Shown here: in pieces, positions 59,685 through 64,000 of the stretch | Layout: each line of letters starts with the position of its first letter | Numbering within the stretch: the stretch's first letter is position 1 | Source of the DNA: Planctomycetota bacterium | Lineage (GTDB): Bacteria > Planctomycetota > UBA1135 > UBA2386 | Assembly: GCA_039029375.1 (NCBI GenBank) | Contig: JBCCGH010000004.1 | Span: forward strand, 69,561 to 133,560 | DNA: 64,000 bases | Direction: 5' to 3' | The notes under the pieces: model-generated | Told to the model about the DNA's origin: nothing | Database searches by the model: none | Seen by the model: only the letters and a program-made list of their open reading frames with translations | Translations under genes and position numbers: made by a program

Positions 59685-59868
59685 GGGTCACCTCTGCGTG
59701 GCCCCTGCGTGCGGCCAGCGGGAAGATTGCGGGGGCGGTTTCCGTCGAACGCCAGCTTCGGCGCAGCCGTTCAGAACCGCAGATTCCTGACGCTTCCTGC
59801 CGCTTCCTGCCGCCGTCGGCCGGTCACCGCCTCTATACTCGCCGGCAAACGGGCTCGAGACCACCGGT

Positions 59869-60546
59869 TTGGCCTTCCAACGACGTTCGCGACTGCGCCG
59901 CTCCCTCCCGCCTCGCGAGGCGATCGAGCCCCTGCCCCCGCCAGCACCGGACGGCGAAGATCTCGAGGCGGGCGCGGAGGAGGAGCTGGTGGACCGCGCC
60001 CGCAGCGGCGACCGTGAGGCGTTTCGCGTGCTCGTGGAGCTCCACCAGGATCGGATCTTCCGCTATGTGGTGCGGCAGATGCGCTGCGACCGCCACACGG
60101 GGGCCGACCTGGCGCAGGAGGTGTTTCTGCGGGCCTGGCGTGGTCTCCGCGCCTTCGACGGCCGCTGCAGCTTCTCGACCTGGCTCCACAAGATCGCGCT
60201 GAACGTCGGCATCAGCGATGTCCGGCGCCGGCGCGCCGTGAAGCGCCGCAAGCGCACCCTGTCGATCGACCAGCCGCTGGCCGGGGCCGATGACCTGCGC
60301 ATCGATCCGCCGGCCCCCGAGCCCACGCCCGATGACCTGGCGCACCAGCAGGAATTCGCCGCGGCGGTGCGCGCCGCGCTCCAGGATGTGCCCGAAGACT
60401 TCCGCCAGGCAGTGATCCTGCGCGACCTGCAGGGCCTGTCCTACGAGGAGATCAGCGAGATTCTGGGGATCCCGGCGGGGACCGTCCGCTCGCGAATCCA
60501 CCGCGGCCGGCTCATCCTGCAGCAGCGCCTCGAGGGCTTTCGGTAG
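59869..60546 (+). CDS. ECF sigma-70 factor (RpoE-like) with N-terminal extension
   Basis: Region 2 DLAQEVFLRAWRGLRAFDGRCSFSTWLHKIALN. Region 4 LSYEEISEILGIPAGTVRSRIHRGR. The listed start is TTG and the true start is uncertain. No adjacent anti-sigma gene. Confidence 0.8.
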   Translation: MAFQRRSRLRRSLPPREAIEPLPPPAPDGEDLEAGAEEELVDRARSGDREAFRVLVELHQDRIFRYVVRQMRCDRHTGADLAQEVFLRAWRGLRAFDGRCSFSTWLHKIALNVGISDVRRRRAVKRRKRTLSIDQPLAGADDLRIDPPAPEPTPDDLAHQQEFAAAVRAALQDVPEDFRQAVILRDLQGLSYEEISEILGIPAGTVRSRIHRGRLILQQRLEGFR

Positions 60547-60551
60547 CCGCC

Positions 60552-61298
60552 CTACCAGACGAAGGCCAGATCGTCGCCCGTGTCGAAGACTCGATCTGGG
60601 CCCGCGGATCTCAAACCGACCGAGGGGGTCGTCTCGTAGCGGAAGCCCGTGCCCCAGCCGTCGCGCAGGGACCGGAGCGGCAGGTCAAAACGCGTTTCCC
60701 AGTCCTCGGTGGGAAGGTCCTCCACCGTCACGAGCATGTCGCGCACCTGACTGGCGGCGCCCGCGTCCTGGAGAGGGGTGCCGATCGAGTGGGCGCGGGC
60801 TCGCGACGCAAGAACGCGCCGGGTCACACCCCACCGATCGCTGGTGGCCGCCCGACCGGCGACCGAGCTCGAAACCGTGCGTGTCAGGTCGTCGCCGGCG
60901 CCCCCGTCATCCCGGCCGTTGGCACCGACGCTGTAGACCGCCACGACGTCCGGGTTGACGCGGAGGATGCGGTAGCCGAGCTGGCCGGCGCCGCGATACG
61001 GATCTTCGAGCGAGCCCGCGTCCATGCGCCCCCGGCCAACCACTCCACTCAGCGTGACCGGGAAGCTGCCGTGGGTGTTGAAATGGCCATAGAGCGCTTC
61101 TGTCGCCGCCGCCAGGCGTTGGGCCGTGCGGCGCGCCATGCGATCGGCTCGCCGGCCCGGGTCGATACCACCGAGCGCCGCGCTCAGCGCGGCCGCGACA
61201 CTGGCAGTCAATACCAGCATCAAGACCAACGCCGAGCCACGCTGGGCGTCGCGGTGTGGCGGCGCGGTGGCCAGGTGATCAGTGACGGAAACGTCCAT
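60552..61298 (-). CDS. Membrane-anchored hypothetical protein with type II secretion pseudopilin (GspG)-like C-terminal motifs
   Basis: N-terminal hydrophobic helix ALVLMLVLTASVAAALSAAL, without a canonical G-F/M-T-L-x-E prepilin site. DPYRG...YR and DGWGTGFRYE...SAGPDRVFDTGDD resemble GspG C-terminal signatures. Confidence 0.4.
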   Translation of the reverse strand: MDVSVTDHLATAPPHRDAQRGSALVLMLVLTASVAAALSAALGGIDPGRRADRMARRTAQRLAAATEALYGHFNTHGSFPVTLSGVVGRGRMDAGSLEDPYRGAGQLGYRILRVNPDVVAVYSVGANGRDDGGAGDDLTRTVSSSVAGRAATSDRWGVTRRVLASRARAHSIGTPLQDAGAASQVRDMLVTVEDLPTEDWETRFDLPLRSLRDGWGTGFRYETTPSVGLRSAGPDRVFDTGDDLAFVW

Positions 61299-61434
61299 GC
61301 AAGCGCTGTTCGTCGTGTCGGCTCCGACTGACGCATACTTGAGCGTCGCGCGGCCAGGGGTTGCAATCCGCGACGCCGGGCCGCAGCCCGCCCGTTAGCA
61401 TGCCTCCGCGCTCCAGCGCCAAAGACCCGACCGC

Positions 61435-64000
61435 ATGACGTCTACAGAACTGCCGCCCGACCACGAGCCACCGCCCCAGCGCGAGTTCGAATCCGCGCGC
61501 CAGCGTGCCGCGAGCCAGCGGGCTGCCCTCGCCGCCCTCGATCCCGCCGCCAACGACCCCAACGCCATCGCCATCGTCGGGATGGCCTGCCGCTTTCCCG
61601 GTGCCGCGAACGTGGCCGAGCTCTGGCACAACCTGCGCACCGGCGTCGAGTCGGTCTCTCGTTTCGACACCGACCAGATGCTGGCCGCCGGTGCAGATCC
61701 GGGGCTTCTGCAAGACCCGGACTACGTGCCCGCCGGCGCGATCCTCGAGGACGGGGAGGCGTTCGACGCCAGCTTCTTCGGCATCAATCCCAAAGAAGCG
61801 CTCGCGATGGACCCGCAGCACCGCGCGTTTCTCGAGTGCGCGCACGCGGCGCTGGAGGACGCCGGCTACCCGCCGGAATCATGTCCTACCGCGACCGCGA
61901 TCTTCGGCGGCTGTGGCCTGGCCACCGCGCACACGCAGATCTTGGCACAAAGCCCAGAGATCCAGGAAGCGCTCGCGAGCACCCAGATCGGGGTTGGCAG
62001 CTACGCCGACTTTTTGACCACGCGAACGTCGTTCAAGCTCGATCTGCGCGGCCTCAGCCTAGACGTACAGACCGCCTGCTCGACGTCGCTCGTCGCCGTC
62101 GCCATGGCCTGGCAAGCACTGCGCACCGGGCAAGTCGACATGGCATTGGCCGGAGGGGTCTCGATCCGCTACCCCCGGGGGACCGGATACCTCTATCAAC
62201 CCGGCGAGATCCTGGCGCCGGACGGGCACTGCCGGCCGTTCGACGCGGTCGCGCTCGGCACCCTGCCGGGCGAAGGCGTGGGCCTCGTCGTGCTCAAGCG
62301 GCTCGCGGCCGCGATCGCCGACGGCGACACCATTCGCGCCGTCGTGCGCGGGGCCGCGCTCAACAACGACGGCGGCGGCAAAGCCAGCTTCTATGCCACC
62401 AACGAGGACGCGCAGACCGAGGTCATCGTCGAAGGGCTTGCGCATGCCGGCATCGACGCCGACTCGGTCAGCTACATCGAATGCCACGGCACCGCAACGC
62501 CGCTTGGCGACCCGATCGAGATCCGCTCCCTGACGCGCGCGTTCCGCGAGTCGACCGACGCCACACGTTTTTGCGGCGTCGGGTCGGTAAAGTCCAACTT
62601 CGGCCACGCCGATGCCGCGGCGGGCATCGCCGGGATCATCAAGACCACCTTGGCGCTCCAGCACGAACTGCTGCCACCAACGCTGCACTTCGAAACACCC
62701 AACCCCGAGATCCCGTTCGACGAGACCCCGTTCTGGGTGGTCGCCAAGGAGACGCCATGGCCGCGCGGCGCCGCGCCGCGCCGCGCGGGCGTCAACTCGT
62801 TTGGCATCGGTGGCACGAACGCGCACGTCGTGCTCGAAGAGGCGCCGGTGACCGCCGCGGTCGAGACGCCACCAGCGCAACCACACCAGCTCGTGGTCGT
62901 CTCCGCCAAGACCGAGACCGCGCTCGCGCGAACCAGCGAGGCGCTCGCGGCGCGGCTCCGCGAACCCGGCGACCTCTCCCTGGCTGACATCGCCTTCACC
63001 ACGCAGCTGGGACGCACGCCGCATCCGCTACGCCGCGCGGTCGTGGGCGCGAGCCCCGCGGCCGTCGCCGCCGAGCTCGAACAACCGGCCAAGACCCCGA
63101 CCGCCGCGCCGACCAACGCGGACGGAACCCCACCGGTGGCGTTCATGTTCCCCGGCCAGGGCGCGCAATACGTGGGCATGGGGGCCGATCTCCGTCGCGA
63201 CCAACCGGTCTTTCGCGACGCGCTCGAGCACTGTGCCGAGTGTCTGGCTCCGCATCTCGAGGTGCCGTTGCTCGACGCGCTGTACCCGGCGCAAGCCTCG
63301 GAGGCAGCCGCGGAGCGCCTGGCACAAACGGCGCTGGCGCAACCGGCGCTCTTCGCGGTCGAGTACTCCCTGGCGCAGCTGTGGCGCTCCTGGGGCGTCG
63401 AGCCAACCGCATTCGTCGGCCACAGTGTCGGCGAGCTCGTGGCCGCCGCGCTGGCCGGAGTCTTCTCCCTCGCCGACGCCGCCGCGCTCGTGGCTGCCCG
63501 CGGCCGGCTCATGCAGGAGCAACCACCGGGCTCGATGCTGAGCGTTCCGCTGGCCCAGGCCGAGGTCGAAGGGCTCCTCCGAGGCGACCTCTCGCTCGCT
63601 GCCGTCAACGGCCCCGCCGCGTGCGTCGTTGCCGGCCCACACGATGCGGTGCTGGCGCTACAGCAAGAGCTCGAGCGCAAGGGGCTGCCGTCGCGCCCCC
63701 TCAAAACATCGCACGCCTTCCACTCGGCGATGATGCAACCAGTTGTCGGGCCCTTCGTAGAGCTCGTCCGGGCCACGGCACGCAGCGCGGCGCAAACACC
63801 GAGCGTCTCGACCGTCACCGGCGAATGGCTCGACGCTGACGCCTGGACCGACCCGGACTATTGGGGTCGCAACGTGCGCCAGACGGTGCGGTTCTTCGAC
63901 GCCGCCCGGACCGTGCTCGACTCGCCGCGCATCCTGCTCGAGGTGGGACCCGGCCGCACGCTGGCGGCACTCGTCAAACAGCACGCCGCGCGAAGCAAAG
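61435..64000 (+). CDS. Type I polyketide synthase, N-terminal KS-AT portion (3'-truncated by the window edge)
   Basis: Not in the ORF track because it has no stop in the window. In-frame stop at 61396 and first ATG at 61435. KS: IAIVGMACRFPGA, active-site DVQTACSTS (Cys codon 62077-62079), ECHGTATPLGDP, VKSNFGHADAAAG. AT: FMFPGQGAQY, GHSVGE (Ser codon 63424-63426), HAFHS (63712-63726). Confidence 0.9.
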   Translation, partial: MTSTELPPDHEPPPQREFESARQRAASQRAALAALDPAANDPNAIAIVGMACRFPGAANVAELWHNLRTGVESVSRFDTDQMLAAGADPGLLQDPDYVPAGAILEDGEAFDASFFGINPKEALAMDPQHRAFLECAHAALEDAGYPPESCPTATAIFGGCGLATAHTQILAQSPEIQEALASTQIGVGSYADFLTTRTSFKLDLRGLSLDVQTACSTSLVAVAMAWQALRTGQVDMALAGGVSIRYPRGTGYLYQPGEILAPDGHCRPFDAVALGTLPGEGVGLVVLKRLAAAIADGDTIRAVVRGAALNNDGGGKASFYATNEDAQTEVIVEGLAHAGIDADSVSYIECHGTATPLGDPIEIRSLTRAFRESTDATRFCGVGSVKSNFGHADAAAGIAGIIKTTLALQHELLPPTLHFETPNPEIPFDETPFWVVAKETPWPRGAAPRRAGVNSFGIGGTNAHVVLEEAPVTAAVETPPAQPHQLVVVSAKTETALARTSEALAARLREPGDLSLADIAFTTQLGRTPHPLRRAVVGASPAAVAAELEQPAKTPTAAPTNADGTPPVAFMFPGQGAQYVGMGADLRRDQPVFRDALEHCAECLAPHLEVPLLDALYPAQASEAAAERLAQTALAQPALFAVEYSLAQLWRSWGVEPTAFVGHSVGELVAAALAGVFSLADAAALVAARGRLMQEQPPGSMLSVPLAQAEVEGLLRGDLSLAAVNGPAACVVAGPHDAVLALQQELERKGLPSRPLKTSHAFHSAMMQPVVGPFVELVRATARSAAQTPSVSTVTGEWLDADAWTDPDYWGRNVRQTVRFFDAARTVLDSPRILLEVGPGRTLAALVKQHAARSK

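Noticed and set aside
61465-61500. tRNA-like T-loop string GAGTTCGAATCCGCG
   Set aside because: The flanking bases do not form a 5-bp T-stem or an acceptor stem, and the string lies inside the PKS reading frame.

Overview
High-GC (about 70% by eye) bacterial chromosomal segment. The gene content resembles large Myxococcota- or Planctomycetota-type genomes: DUF1080, DUF1579, PQQ-like beta-propellers, a sulfatase, a Tat-signal TIM-barrel enzyme, BlaI/BlaR1, three ECF sigma factors and a type I PKS. The taxon cannot be fixed without a database search. I support about 52 CDS and found no rRNA, tRNA or CRISPR array. Many ORF-track entries are GC-driven antisense or out-of-frame artefacts, and several real genes are only the C-terminal part of a longer listed ORF. 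Confidently recognised genes are rnhA, mscL, msrA, hutG/hutI/hutF, two ABC systems, an arylsulfatase, BlaI/BlaR1, a PHP-UvrD helicase, an M28 peptidase and two Nudix hydrolases. Main hunting results: (1) A gene trio or pair at 51078-56977 contains an ECF sigma factor fused to a hydrophobic segment and a large C-terminal repeat domain. It is followed by an FHA/membrane anchor/coiled-coil/trypsin-like protease and lies divergent to an MsbA-like ABC exporter. I propose this as a membrane-tethered sigma released by proteolysis, which is inference only. (2) A previously unlisted repeat family of about 166 bp (CTAGTG...CACTAG, inverted-repeat arms) has three full copies and one 20-nt arm fragment. 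All sit in intergenic gaps, and three of them supply the TAG stop codon of a flanking gene. (3) A type I PKS gene (KS-AT...) starts at 61435 and runs off the window, so it is absent from the ORF track. (4) An M48-TerB peptidase lies directly upstream of the PHP-UvrD helicase. (5) A BlaI-BlaR1-DUF1579 operon has a tandem palindromic operator and an expanded 15-bp coding repeat. All family assignments come from motif recognition by eye; no HMM or BLAST search was run.
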